Source of the DNA: an uncultured Spirochaetota bacterium
GTDB lineage: Bacteria > Spirochaetota > Brevinematia > Brevinematales > JAOACQ01
Reading direction: 5' to 3'
NCBI GenBank assembly: GCA_963835575.1
Contig: CAWIGG010000002.1
Span: 96,001 to 160,000, forward strand
Length of the DNA: 64,000 bases
Every line of letters starts with the position of its first letter. Position 1 is the stretch's first letter. A model generated the notes under the pieces. That model ran no database searches. It was not told where the DNA came from and saw only the letters and a program-made list of their open reading frames with translations. Of the stretch, positions 37,697 to 48,116 are shown one piece after another. Position numbers and translations under genes: made by a program.

Positions 37697-38887
37697 ATGG
37701 CAAAGAGATTTCTGTTTTTTGCTGTTTTTATTTATCTGGGCTTTTCTATGGCGTATTCTCAATTCCAGAAGTTTGAGTACGGGATCATATCATGGTACGG
37801 AGATGATTTCGCGGGAAAGACAACTGCCAGCGGCGATCAATACGATCCCGATAAAATGACGGCGGCGCATAAGATATTCCCGTTCGGGACGCTTATTGAA
37901 GTGGAAAACCTGGAAAACGGCAGGAAAGTGACGCTGAAGATCAACGACAGAGGTCCCTATGCGGCCAACAGGGTCCTGGATGTTTCAAAAAAAGCGGCTG
38001 ATGACCTGGGTTTTCTGAAAAAAGGCACTGTTTATGCCCGCATAACGCTTATTAAACTTGGCGATAACAAGGTCAAGGACATCCTGCCTCCGTCAACAAT
38101 CGCTTCATCGGAATCGAACGCCAGTTCCGCGGCCGTATCGTCAAATGAAATGCTTCAGGAGGCTTTGGCCCCGACGAATAAAGAGCCGCAGTATAAAATT
38201 GTCATCACAACGAATATGATAGAAGTCTATTCGACAAATCAACTGGTCCAGACAAATTTTGTGGCGGTACCCATAACAAACGTGATTAATGTTGAGCCTT
38301 ATGAAGAAAAGATTGTCGAAAACAATTTGTCGGACTCAAATCAGAATTCCTTTGTCATGGATACTAATTCGCTCAAGCCTGACGATCAATTTATTATGGA
38401 AGAGCCTCCGGTTATAACGCCTCCTGTCACTACGCCGTCATTAACTACGCCGATACCGGTGCTGGAAACGTCTAAAACAAATGAAGTAAAAACTAAAGAA
38501 CCGGAAAAAGTCTATTATACTGAAAAAGAAGTGACGCCGGAAACTCTACTTTCCAATGAAACGGCGATTCAAATCGAAGATAATGAGCCGGCAAACAAAA
38601 GGGTTTTCAAGGACGGGGTGATGATAGAAAAAGTAGGGGATGAGGAAAATGGAGGCTCATATCTTGTACAGGCGGGGGCTTTTCATAAGGAATTCCAGGC
38701 GCTCAAGCTTTATGATATCCTTAAAAAGAAGAAATATGATGTATTTACGACTGAAAATACTGTAAAAGGAAAGAAGTGGATCCGGGTCCGGATAGGCTAT
38801 TTTAACAGTATCTCGGACGCGAAGGATGTATTTGAGGAACTCAAGAAGCTCAAGATCAATGCCCTTGTCATCCGTGCCAGGAAATAA
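37697..38887 (+). CDS. rlpA: Septal ring lytic transglycosylase RlpA family protein with C-terminal SPOR domain
   Basis: SWYG...TASG...TAAHK..PFGT...INDRGPY...DVSKKAA; YLVQAGAF...RVRIG. Confidence 0.92.
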   Translation: MAKRFLFFAVFIYLGFSMAYSQFQKFEYGIISWYGDDFAGKTTASGDQYDPDKMTAAHKIFPFGTLIEVENLENGRKVTLKINDRGPYAANRVLDVSKKAADDLGFLKKGTVYARITLIKLGDNKVKDILPPSTIASSESNASSAAVSSNEMLQEALAPTNKEPQYKIVITTNMIEVYSTNQLVQTNFVAVPITNVINVEPYEEKIVENNLSDSNQNSFVMDTNSLKPDDQFIMEEPPVITPPVTTPSLTTPIPVLETSKTNEVKTKEPEKVYYTEKEVTPETLLSNETAIQIEDNEPANKRVFKDGVMIEKVGDEENGGSYLVQAGAFHKEFQALKLYDILKKKKYDVFTTENTVKGKKWIRVRIGYFNSISDAKDVFEELKKLKINALVIRARK

Positions 38888-38903
38888 GTTTAATACCGGT
38901 TGT

Positions 38904-39097
38904 AACCACAGATTTCACTGATTACACTGATTTTAAGGATATTTTTATAAATTTTGTAGCGAGCCTATTTTTTGGTGAGTACTTTTGAACCATAAGTTCG
39001 TAGATCGTTCCTAATTCTTTTCCTATATTCATAATTATAATATAATATCTCTTATTTATAGCGAGACTATTAAATCTTTTCTGTGTAATCTGTGGTT
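38904..39097. repeat. Gene-less periodic inverted-repeat element
   Basis: AACCACAGATTTCACTGATTACACTGATT ... AATCTTTTCTGTGTAATCTGTGGTT around an AT-rich core. Confidence 0.75.
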
Positions 39098-39199
39098 TCT
39101 TTTCGTTGCTCCTATCCCAATTGTATTGATATATGCTGATTATTATTTATATTTAAAATGACCGAATAATCCTCTTTCGCCATACGCATCTCCTTCTTT

Positions 39200-39553
39200 T
39201 TATTTCCATTTGAAGCCGAATGCCGCATAGATCAGCCTTTCAAGATAAGGGTTTTTAAACAGAAAATAGAGTATCAGATCGATGCCTGCCATTGTAATAT
39301 TGATCAGGATATATGCGAGAAGGGCTTTCTTCCAGTTTCTGAGAATAAGAAGGCAGAGGAGATAAAGAACAACCGAAGCGAGAACGGAAATACTCCAGAA
39401 TTGCCCTCTGTCCGGGCTGAAATGGAAGAGAGGCGCGATCAGATAAACGGCATTGATTCCGAAGCCGAAGAATAAAAATAGCAGAGCGCATATTGTGATG
39501 ATTTTTAAAATAAAACTTCCGCCTTTCCCGGCCGGATTCCCAATAATTTCCAT
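39200..39553 (-). CDS. Hypothetical membrane protein
   Basis: 117 aa, three TM helices, AAAGGAG RBS. Confidence 0.7.
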   Translation of the reverse strand: MEIIGNPAGKGGSFILKIITICALLFLFFGFGINAVYLIAPLFHFSPDRGQFWSISVLASVVLYLLCLLILRNWKKALLAYILINITMAGIDLILYFLFKNPYLERLIYAAFGFKWK

Positions 39554-39717
39554 AATGATATACTCCTTTAACAGTTAATCTGCATTATTTTAAGGGCATT
39601 TGCATGTTATGGCAATTTTGTAAAAATACTTGAATTGAGCGGTTCTTTTATCTAATAATTTTGACTTATTGAATTATTTTTACCATATTTAAAGAAGAGT
39701 TTTTTGAGGAGGCGCGC

Positions 39718-41382
39718 ATGAGATACGAGGTCAAAGGTGATATATCCATCGTTCTGGCCGGTGAGGCGGGCCAGGGCATTCAATCCATAGAATCCATACT
39801 GTCAAAAACACTGAAGAAAGGCGGATATCACCTCTTTGCCACAAAGGAATATATGTCGCGGATCAGGGGCGGCGTCAACACGACGGAAATCCGCGCGTCA
39901 TCAAAACGGGTGAGCGCTTTTGTGGATAAAATAGATGTTTTAATTACTCTGACCGGTGAAGGCGCGGAGCACTTGAAGAAAAGGATTAAACCGGAAACGC
40001 TGGTTATTGACGGCGCGCCGTTTGAAAAAATCGCGGCGGAAGCGGGGAATCCCATATATTCAAGCTCGGCGGCGGCCGGTTTTGTCTGCGGCCTTCTGGG
40101 TATCGATAGAAATATTATGACGGATGTCATTACCGGACAGTTCTCAAAAAAAAGCGCTGATATTCAGGACCAAAATAAGGAAAGTTCGCTCAAGGGCTAT
40201 GAATTGGGCCTGGAATATGCCCGGGACCGGATTGCCGTCAAAATCGACAAGGATAACAAAGTTTCTTCGGAAATGGTGATAAGCGGCGCCGAAGCCGTAG
40301 CCCTGGGCGCGCTGGCCGGCGGCTGCAATTACGCATGCGCCTATCCGATGTCGCCGTCGACTGGCGTGCTGACCGCGCTGGCCGCTTATTCAAGGGATTA
40401 TGATATTATTGTAGAGCAGATAGAGGACGAAGTCGGCGCGCTGAACATGGCTCTGGGCGCCTGGTACGCCGGGGCCAGAGCCATAGTCACGACTTCAGGC
40501 GGAGGTTTTGCCCTGATGACGGAAGCCTTCAGCCTCGCCGGAATGATCGAATCGCCGGCTGTCATCCTTCTCGCCCAGCGGCCGGGGCCCGCCACAGGCC
40601 TGCCGACACGGACGGAGCAGGGCGACTTGAATCTTGTTCTTTATGCCGGGCATGGTGTATTTCCCCGCGTTATTCTGGCGCCGGGAAGCCTGGAGGAAGC
40701 GTTCAACCTTTCTCAGAAGGCCTTTTATATCGCGGACCGTTATCAGATCCCGGCCGTCATTCTTATCGATCAGTATTTTGCCGATTCGTATTATAATATA
40801 CCCGCCTTTAAGCTTCCCGATAAACTGCCTGAAAATTATTTTATCAGGACGGCAAAGGGATATAAGCGTTATCGATTGACCCGGGAAGGGCTTTCACCGC
40901 GCGGCATTCCGGGATTCGGCGAGGGCCTGGTCAGATTGGACAGCGATGAGCATGATGAAGACGGACATATTACTGAGGACCAGGACCTCCGGGTCAGGAT
41001 GGCGGACAAGCGGCTGGCTAAGGAAAAGCTTCTGGAAAGGGAAATTATTCCGCCTGATTTTACCGGGGATAAAAATTATGAGACCCTTATCATCGGCTGG
41101 GGTTCCACGGATGCGATGATTCAAGAGGCGCTGGAAAGGCTCGCACTAAAAAAGACGGCTTACCTGCATTTCTCCCAGGTCTATCCCCTGCATTCAGGCA
41201 CAGAAGGATATTTGAAAAAAGCTAAAAATATAATCATAATTGAGAATAATGAAACAGGCCAGTTCGCGGACCTGATAAAACTGCAGACCGGCCGCGATAT
41301 AAAAAAAAGGATTTTAAAGTACGACGGTTTGCCGTTCTCTGTGGAAGAGATTTGTGAGCAGGTTAAGAAGTTCATTAATTAG
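39718..41382 (+). CDS. korA: 2-oxoacid:acceptor oxidoreductase alpha subunit
   Basis: GEAGQGI, EYMSRIRGG, AYPMSPST, TTSGGGF, QRPGPATGLPTRTEQGDL. Confidence 0.95.
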   Translation: MRYEVKGDISIVLAGEAGQGIQSIESILSKTLKKGGYHLFATKEYMSRIRGGVNTTEIRASSKRVSAFVDKIDVLITLTGEGAEHLKKRIKPETLVIDGAPFEKIAAEAGNPIYSSSAAAGFVCGLLGIDRNIMTDVITGQFSKKSADIQDQNKESSLKGYELGLEYARDRIAVKIDKDNKVSSEMVISGAEAVALGALAGGCNYACAYPMSPSTGVLTALAAYSRDYDIIVEQIEDEVGALNMALGAWYAGARAIVTTSGGGFALMTEAFSLAGMIESPAVILLAQRPGPATGLPTRTEQGDLNLVLYAGHGVFPRVILAPGSLEEAFNLSQKAFYIADRYQIPAVILIDQYFADSYYNIPAFKLPDKLPENYFIRTAKGYKRYRLTREGLSPRGIPGFGEGLVRLDSDEHDEDGHITEDQDLRVRMADKRLAKEKLLEREIIPPDFTGDKNYETLIIGWGSTDAMIQEALERLALKKTAYLHFSQVYPLHSGTEGYLKKAKNIIIIENNETGQFADLIKLQTGRDIKKRILKYDGLPFSVEEICEQVKKFIN

Positions 41383-41394
41383 GTTAATATATTT

Positions 41395-41847
41395 TCACCA
41401 CGAAGTACGCGAAGACCACGAAGTTATTTAGGAGGTTGGGTATTGGAATTTGACAAATTATCAAATAAAGTGATAGGGTTGGCTTTAGAAGTTCACAAAC
41501 AATTAGGTCCTGGTTTATTGGAAAGTACTTACAAACAATGTCTTGCCTATGAATTAAGTAAGGCAAATATTAGTTTTAATTTAGAATGTGAAATTCCTAT
41601 AAAATATAAAGAAATACAGATATCTTGCGGATACAGAATTGATATATTAGTAGAAAATAAAATTATTCTTGAGTTAAAAAGTGTTGAAAAAATACTTCCT
41701 ATTCATGAAGCACAAATACTTACATATATGAAATTAAGTAATAAAAAGATAGGATTGCTTATAAATTTTAATGTTAGTTTATTGAAAGAAGGTATTAAAA
41801 GATTTATTTTATAATTATCTTCGTGAAGTTCGTTTTCTTCGTGGTGA
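41395..41847 (+). mobile_element. GxxExxY cassette bounded by 29-bp periodic inverted repeats
   Basis: TCACCACGAAGTACGCGAAGACCACGAAG / CTTCGTGAAGTTCGTTTTCTTCGTGGTGA (23/29 complementary); AT-rich; lies between korA and korB. Confidence 0.7.
41443..41814 (+). CDS. GxxExxY protein (PD-(D/E)XK nuclease-like)
   Basis: VHKQLGPGLLESTY, YRIDILVENKIILELKSV, HEAQILTY, GLLINF. Confidence 0.95.
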   Translation: MEFDKLSNKVIGLALEVHKQLGPGLLESTYKQCLAYELSKANISFNLECEIPIKYKEIQISCGYRIDILVENKIILELKSVEKILPIHEAQILTYMKLSNKKIGLLINFNVSLLKEGIKRFIL

Positions 41848-41914
41848 TTATTAATTTAATTGTTGTTAAGGGCTTTAATTTTTATAAAACTTTTATTATA
41901 TATGGGAGGCAAAT

Positions 41915-42775
41915 ATGAATGAAAATACATTTGATTTAAAAGTCGATGACATCACCTGGTGCCCCGGATGCGGGAATTTCGCGATACGAAAAGCCGTTAT
42001 CGGCGCCCTGGACGAACTGGGACTGGACAAACAGAAAACCGTCTTTGTCTCGGGGATCGGCCAGGCCGCCAAAATGCCTCATTATATCGACGTTCATTAT
42101 TTTAACGGACTGCATGGCAGGGCCCTGCCGCCGGCGACGGCGATTAAAGCGGCCAACCCGGAGCAGACCGTCATCACGGAAAGCGGCGACGGCGATATTT
42201 ACGGAGAGGGCGGCAATCATTTCCTCCATGCCATCCGGCGGAATCCGGACATTACCGTCATTGTCCACGACAATATGGTGTACGGACTGACAAAGGGTCA
42301 GGCTTCGCCGACCTCGCGGATCGGTATGCAGACGCCGGTGCAGGTTTTCGGTGTTTTTGAAAACCCGGTCAATCCCATGGCGCTGGCCGTCGCCATGGAC
42401 GCCCCGTTTGTCGCGCGGGCTTTCGCGGGAGATATCGATAAAACAAAGGAAATCATTAAAAAGGCCATTCAGCACAAAGGGTTCAGCCTGGTGGATGTTT
42501 TCCAGCCCTGCGTGTCGTTCAACAAACTCAACACGTTCCAGTGGTTCAAAGCGCATGCCTATTATCTTGAGGATTCCTACGACCCGTCAGACCGCGTTAA
42601 AGCCTTCCAGCGCGCGATTGAGGAAGACCCGCTTCCGATGGGGATATTTTATGTGAATGAAAAAAGAAAGCCTTTCGAGGAAAACCTGGAAGTGTATAAG
42701 AGAAGCCCCGAGCCGCTTTTTAAACGGAAAGCGGATATGCAGAAAATAAGGAATTTAATAGAGAAGTATATATGA
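41915..42775 (+). CDS. korB: 2-oxoacid:ferredoxin oxidoreductase beta subunit
   Basis: WCPGCGN, VSGIGQ, LHGRALP, TPP motif GDGD...[22 protein letters not shown]. Confidence 0.95.
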   Translation: MNENTFDLKVDDITWCPGCGNFAIRKAVIGALDELGLDKQKTVFVSGIGQAAKMPHYIDVHYFNGLHGRALPPATAIKAANPEQTVITESGDGDIYGEGGNHFLHAIRRNPDITVIVHDNMVYGLTKGQASPTSRIGMQTPVQVFGVFENPVNPMALAVAMDAPFVARAFAGDIDKTKEIIKKAIQHKGFSLVDVFQPCVSFNKLNTFQWFKAHAYYLEDSYDPSDRVKAFQRAIEEDPLPMGIFYVNEKRKPFEENLEVYKRSPEPLFKRKADMQKIRNLIEKYI

Positions 42776-42810
42776 ATACAGCTCCAAGCACTATTATTTT
42801 CTAAGGCATT

Positions 42811-42937
42811 CAGCCACAGAATTTCACAGAAGAACACGGAAAAGAATATTGACTTTATAAACCTTTAAAAGCACAACCGTTGATTCCTCTAAAATAATAT
42901 TTAAAATTCAGTGATATTCTGTGATATTCCGTGGCTG
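42811..42937. repeat. Gene-less periodic inverted-repeat element (10-bp period)
   Basis: CAGCCACAGAATTTCACAGAAGAACACGGAA / TTCAGTGATATTCTGTGATATTCCGTGGCTG. Confidence 0.8.
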
Positions 42938-42971
42938 GCATCTTATGCAAGTTTTTAAAACTGCCTATTAA

Positions 42972-43634
42972 TCACTTATTTTTTTGAGTTCTTTTTTCTT
43001 CCTCAAGCCATTCAACGGCTTCCTCAAAACCCGTTTCTTTTTTACATGAAACAAAGAACACTTTCGCTTTCTTATTGAGCTTTCTGATTCCGTCCATAAA
43101 GAAATCCCTGTCGAAGTCGACATACGGGAGCAGGTCGTCTTTATTGACAATGACGGCGTCGGCCTTCTCAAAGGCGAGAGGATATTTATAGGGTTTGTCG
43201 CTTCCGTCCGCGACGGAGCAGATGATGAGCCTCTTGTGTTCGCCGATGTCGAACTCCGCCGGGCAGATCAAATTGCCTATGTTTTCTATAAAAAGAAAGG
43301 AATTCTCTTTCGGCGGGAATTTATCAAGGGCTTGCGTTATCATCAGCGCGTCCAGGTGGCAGCCGCCCATGGTATTGATCTGCAGGGCATCTATACCCTG
43401 TTTTTTCAGGTCCTGAGTGTCTAAGTCGGACTCCACGTCCCCTTCAATGACCGAAGAGGATATTGAGAGTCTTTTTATTAGCTGTTTCAGGACAGATGTT
43501 TTTCCGGCGCCCGGCGCTCCCATCACATTGACGGTCAGGACATTCCCGGCCGTAAGTTTTTTTCGGATACCCTGCGCTATTTTTTCATTTTCGGACAATA
43601 TGTTTTCCATCACCTGTATTTTTTCTTCAGACAT
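42972..43634 (-). CDS. hypB: Hydrogenase nickel incorporation GTPase HypB
   Basis: GAPGAGKT, IEGD, GGCHLDA, ENIGNLICPAEF, DKPYKYP, NKDD. Confidence 0.96.
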   Translation of the reverse strand: MSEEKIQVMENILSENEKIAQGIRKKLTAGNVLTVNVMGAPGAGKTSVLKQLIKRLSISSSVIEGDVESDLDTQDLKKQGIDALQINTMGGCHLDALMITQALDKFPPKENSFLFIENIGNLICPAEFDIGEHKRLIICSVADGSDKPYKYPLAFEKADAVIVNKDDLLPYVDFDRDFFMDGIRKLNKKAKVFFVSCKKETGFEEAVEWLEEEKRTQKNK

Positions 43635-43744
43635 AGAGTCTCCTTTTCAATATTATAAAACTGTTATTGTCTATTGTTGGCTTTTAGGTGGATCAGTCTG
43701 CCTTCGTTATAAATAAAATATTCCATTGGCGTATACCGCCGGTT

Positions 43745-44095
43745 TTATCCTTCCGTTTCTATATCGATGCTTTCAATATAAAATTCCCTGCCCGTTTCCG
43801 ATAATACGCCTTCCTTTCCGCAGACGGGACAGGTGAAGGAATATCCTTCCCTCTCAAAATGGGTTCCGCAGGAAGTGCATTTCAGTTTGGGTTTTATGCT
43901 TTTCACGGTGATTTTCGCGCCTTCCGCGGGACTTCCCTTTGAGAGGATATCAAAATACATCTGGATTGATTCGCCGATAAAGCCGGATAACTCGCCGATG
44001 ACCAGGTTTACCCTGTTAACCTTATAAGCTTTCTTTTCCCGCGCTGTTTTTAAGGCAACCTCAAGTATTCTCCGGGTTACGGGGTATTCATGCAT
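43745..44095 (-). CDS. hypA: Hydrogenase maturation nickel metallochaperone HypA
   Basis: MHE start, CTSC and CPVC Zn finger, GREFYIESI. Confidence 0.96.
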   Translation of the reverse strand: MHEYPVTRRILEVALKTAREKKAYKVNRVNLVIGELSGFIGESIQMYFDILSKGSPAEGAKITVKSIKPKLKCTSCGTHFEREGYSFTCPVCGKEGVLSETGREFYIESIDIETEG

Positions 44096-44253
44096 TTTCA
44101 CCGCCTGAAACGGTGATTATAAATTTGGAAGGGAGTTTTGTCAAAAAAATAGTGAAGGGCGGCTCCGGAAACAATGTTTCCAAAAACCGCCCTTCATATT
44201 TATCGGTAAAGGGCTGACAGCGCCAGGAGCGGCCGGCCTTTTATTTTCCGGGT

Positions 44254-44910
44254 TTAGAACCAGCCGAACTGTAATTTTACTCCGAAATCAATACCCTGTA
44301 AATCCGTGTCTTTAATTCCGCTTATATCAAACGGGCCGTATATATAATGGTATCCGGCGAAAGCGATAACTTTCATCCAGCGTGTTACATTAAGTTCCAG
44401 GCCCGCCTCTCCATCCAGCGCAAAGAAAGGCATGGCATTCCTGACAAAATCATTTGTATTATCGTTATGGTTATGATAATAACTCCATGGATCTGAAACC
44501 TCGGTAATACCGCCGGCCCCGATGGTTGTCTTAATATAAGGGTGCAGCATCTGGTCGGGCAGAAAAACATAACCGAGCATTAAGCCGCCGTATCCCAGAT
44601 AAAGCCCTGTATTGCCGGCTGTCATAATAGGGGTCCCTAATGCTTTGCCGCTGAAACCGATAATAAACTGATGGTTGAGGATGACAGCTCCTTCACCGCC
44701 GCCCATAGCATAAACTTTGCCGTTCATGATCGTACCCTGGACAATCGGGCCTCCGAAACAGCCGAAAGAAAACTGATGTTCGCCGAAGAGCGTGCTCGGC
44801 TGATAACCGGAAACGCTGCTATTTTGATTGCTGGAATCGTCGCCATTTTCTTCCGCGAAAACCGCGGTAAATGCCAAAAGCATTACGGCCAGAATTGTGA
44901 TTTTCTTCAT
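44254..44910 (-). CDS. Outer-membrane beta-barrel hypothetical protein
   Basis: Signal peptide; YGGLMLGY, GLELNVTRW, C-terminal LQFGWF. Confidence 0.75.
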   Translation of the reverse strand: MKKITILAVMLLAFTAVFAEENGDDSSNQNSSVSGYQPSTLFGEHQFSFGCFGGPIVQGTIMNGKVYAMGGGEGAVILNHQFIIGFSGKALGTPIMTAGNTGLYLGYGGLMLGYVFLPDQMLHPYIKTTIGAGGITEVSDPWSYYHNHNDNTNDFVRNAMPFFALDGEAGLELNVTRWMKVIAFAGYHYIYGPFDISGIKDTDLQGIDFGVKLQFGWF

Positions 44911-44947
44911 ATAATTACTCCTTAAAAATTAATCTTATTTATATAAC

Positions 44948-44962
44948 GCAAACGATGTGCCA
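44948..44962 (-). promoter_or_regulatory. sigma-54 (-24/-12) promoter
   Basis: TGGCAC-ATCGT-TTGC, 38 nt upstream of ATG 44910. Confidence 0.7.
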
Positions 44963-45195
44963 GAGTTGAAAATCGGCTGGAAGTTTATCATTTTTTTATA
45001 GTAATATATTGACAGGTAATAGAATAGCAGAAAGCAAGGATTTTATTATTATTTTAAGATGATTTTAACCGGCCGGATATAATACAGCGCTTATCGCATG
45101 TGATATATCAGAATTGAGATGGTTTTAAAGCATGGATACACAAAATAATTTTAAATGTAAGTAGTATCCCCGGGTCTTTGAAATGGTCCTGAAAC

Positions 45196-45229
45196 AATAA
45201 AAGAGCAGCATTTCGGCTGCTCTTTTATT
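45196..45229. terminator. Intrinsic terminator at the end of the lipoprotein array
   Basis: AATAAAAGAGCAGC-ATTTCG-GCTGCTCTTTTATT. Confidence 0.8.
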
Positions 45230-45272
45230 TATCGTATCTGCAGGATTGATAATCTGGAGTCATCCATGCCGT

Positions 45273-47942
45273 TCAGGGATTGGTCATGTCCGAAGCCAGA
45301 TTGAGCTGAATTGTATTGATGAAATTCGTGGGATTGATGACCTTGAACCCGCCGGGCAGAACATAGGCCGACTGGAAAAGGTAATTGGTGATCTTCGCGA
45401 TGGAAAGGTCCGGGTTAACCTGCCAGCCCATGACCAGCACGCCGGCAATGTAGGGAATAGTCCAGCTCGTGCCACCGGCGCCCGTGTATTGGTAGGAAAA
45501 AACGCCGCTGTTATATTCTTCGGCCTGGCTCCTGCGGGGTGCGGGCGCATAAAAGATATTCGGATCATTTTGGATCTGAGTGTTCGGTTCCCCCGGCATA
45601 AAGCTGGTAATATCATCCGGGTTTTCAAGATTACAACAGCCGACGTCGTTTATACGGTGCGCGCCACAATCCAGCACGAGGATATTCGAAGCGCTTGCCC
45701 TCTGGACGGCTTGGTCCCAGAGGATATTATTTGAGTCGGGCGAACCCGGTCCCGAAGGGGCGGCCGATACGGAGACAACCCGTATTTTCTGATCGGCGGA
45801 AAGGCCGGCGTTCTGCGCGACGATCCAGTCGAGCGCCTGAGCGAAGTATTTCGCATCCGCCAGCCACGTGGGTGTTGCGGCAAAATAGAGTCTGGCTCCG
45901 GGGGCCGTGCCGGTATGGGTCCCGACAAGAAGGCTGGCTACGGCCGGAGCGTGCATGCTGCCCACGTTCGCGGGCTGGCCGGTGCCGGTATCAAAATATG
46001 CCGCTATTTTATTGGAAAATTCCGGATGGCCGAAATCCTGGCAGAGGTTCTGGTCGATGACGGCCACGTTAATATTAGAGCCTGTTATGCCCAGCGAATG
46101 AAGATAATTGACCCCTAACCCAGGGTTTTTGCCCGATTCCAGGATCTGACCGGCGTAGGTCTGATCTCCCGGGCTGAAGATTGTCGTGCCGTCAAACCAG
46201 AGAGTTTTAATCAGATCGCAGCCCAAATTGTCCTTTGACAGATCTTTCCCTCTCACATCATCATAAGGTAAGACATCAATATTTGTTTCATAAAGGATAA
46301 CGTCGTCTATATAAATATTTCCAGTATTGCTCAGGCCAAGATGAAAGTTGAATCCGGCATTGGTATCGGTCGGGCTGTTCATTTTGAATAAGAAGGTAAA
46401 TGTCTGCATACTTTGAGTGAGATTAAAGTAATTAAGTGCATAGGAATTCCATGGAGGAGTGTCATATTGAAAAACCGCTCTGATCACTGTTAGGGCCGGC
46501 GAATCCGTCCTGGCCCTGAAGCTGAAAAAGTACAACTTCCCGTTCTCAAGGTCCAGCCCGTGCTGAGCTATGCCGACGTCCCAGATATTTGTCCCGCCGT
46601 TAATAACCGCCGCTTTCATTTCTCCGTTGACTATGCTCATGGAAGCGCTGCCGTTCTCATTCGTCCAGAAATCCCAGTACAGGCTGCCGGAGGAGAAATC
46701 CCCGTTCCTGATTATGTTGCCGCCGGCATAAGGGTATTCCGGGTTCTGGAGCACATTAATGTTCCCGGTCCATGGCACGACATTATACAGGTCATCCATA
46801 CAGCATTGCAGGGCCATTCCGTCCGAGCCCCAGTTGGTGTATGCCCAGAACGTGCTGTCCAGCGTCATATGCGCGGTATAAAAAGTACAGCCGTCGTCTG
46901 AAATATCGCAGAGCAGGTTTACTCCCCCCATGTTTATGTTTGACGACAGCTGGCGGACATTGGTAAAGCTTCCGTCACCCGCTATGTCGGCCGAGCAGAT
47001 GTAGGTCTGTATTAGGCGCGGGTCATGCAGGTCTGTAATGCCGGTATTCCCGAAATTATGGTTATTGGGTATGGGAGCGACAAAAGCGCTATTCGTCTTC
47101 ATGATGCCGCAGTCGCTCATGGTATTCAGACAGTTGAAAAAGGCCTTCTTCCCATCCAGCGTGATAGACATTCTTCCTATCCACCATAAGCCCATTCTCC
47201 CCGGAAAATCGGCCTCGGTATGCCATTTCCCGTCTATGTAATGAACGGGATTGAAGGGATTGATCTCGCCGCTCAGTTCGGATGGAGCGCCGAATGTCAC
47301 GCTGTTGAGTGCGGACTCATATACCCTGATCTTGATATAGTCGCCCTTGACGGCGTTTTCCACCCACCAGCAGAGGGTAAAGTAGAGAGTTTTCCTGGCG
47401 TCATTGTATGCCGGACAGAGGATCCAGGCGTCATTTGTACCTTTATACATAATCGATTTGACATAGTTCCCTATAGCGGAAAAATTCCAGAGACTGCAGG
47501 AAGCGAAATAGACGTAATTGTCATCCTCGGACTGATATTCATAGATGGAAAACTCCCCGCTGCCCCATCCGAAAAGCATGTACCTCTTCCCTCCAAGGTC
47601 AAAGGCGATCGGATAGGGGGCGGGCGGCGTTTCCTTGCCGTCAAAGAGAACTGTTTTTGAATTATAGGAAACGGTCCGAGATTTTCCCGCTCCGTCCGCG
47701 ACAGTGGCGCTTCCTGTTTTGTCGAAACCCGCAGGAATAACGCCTGCGGCTACTGTAGAACCGAAGACTTTCATGGAAACTTTATCCCCGCTTTTGCCTG
47801 TGATAAAGCAGGCGTACTGCGAACCGATTGGAGAGCCGCCGGTAACTGTCTGATTGCCGCCGCCTCTTCCATCGCCCGGCTGAACAGCGCATCCGGCCAG
47901 AATCCAGGCTGCAACTAAAACCCAGAGATAAATTTTCTTCAT
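45273..47942 (-). CDS. Lipoprotein: unknown N-domain + CBM4/9-like domain + S8 subtilase
   Basis: Lipobox LAGC; NIIRNGDFS...IYIDDV; triad VAVID / HAPAVASL / GTSWTIP. Confidence 0.85.
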   Translation of the reverse strand: MKKIYLWVLVAAWILAGCAVQPGDGRGGGNQTVTGGSPIGSQYACFITGKSGDKVSMKVFGSTVAAGVIPAGFDKTGSATVADGAGKSRTVSYNSKTVLFDGKETPPAPYPIAFDLGGKRYMLFGWGSGEFSIYEYQSEDDNYVYFASCSLWNFSAIGNYVKSIMYKGTNDAWILCPAYNDARKTLYFTLCWWVENAVKGDYIKIRVYESALNSVTFGAPSELSGEINPFNPVHYIDGKWHTEADFPGRMGLWWIGRMSITLDGKKAFFNCLNTMSDCGIMKTNSAFVAPIPNNHNFGNTGITDLHDPRLIQTYICSADIAGDGSFTNVRQLSSNINMGGVNLLCDISDDGCTFYTAHMTLDSTFWAYTNWGSDGMALQCCMDDLYNVVPWTGNINVLQNPEYPYAGGNIIRNGDFSSGSLYWDFWTNENGSASMSIVNGEMKAAVINGGTNIWDVGIAQHGLDLENGKLYFFSFRARTDSPALTVIRAVFQYDTPPWNSYALNYFNLTQSMQTFTFLFKMNSPTDTNAGFNFHLGLSNTGNIYIDDVILYETNIDVLPYDDVRGKDLSKDNLGCDLIKTLWFDGTTIFSPGDQTYAGQILESGKNPGLGVNYLHSLGITGSNINVAVIDQNLCQDFGHPEFSNKIAAYFDTGTGQPANVGSMHAPAVASLLVGTHTGTAPGARLYFAATPTWLADAKYFAQALDWIVAQNAGLSADQKIRVVSVSAAPSGPGSPDSNNILWDQAVQRASASNILVLDCGAHRINDVGCCNLENPDDITSFMPGEPNTQIQNDPNIFYAPAPRRSQAEEYNSGVFSYQYTGAGGTSWTIPYIAGVLVMGWQVNPDLSIAKITNYLFQSAYVLPGGFKVINPTNFINTIQLNLASDMTNP

Positions 47943-48116
47943 GGTATATCCTCCATTGATAAATGTTTTAAAATATTATTAAAAAATATCATAATCTATT
48001 ATCTCCATTGCAGGATTGCTGCCCGCTATTAGTGGTGGGTGAATACCGTAAAATCCGTTTATGCCGGCTTACCCTGTAAGCGATACCTATTGAGTCTATT
48101 AAATAATCCCTCATCC

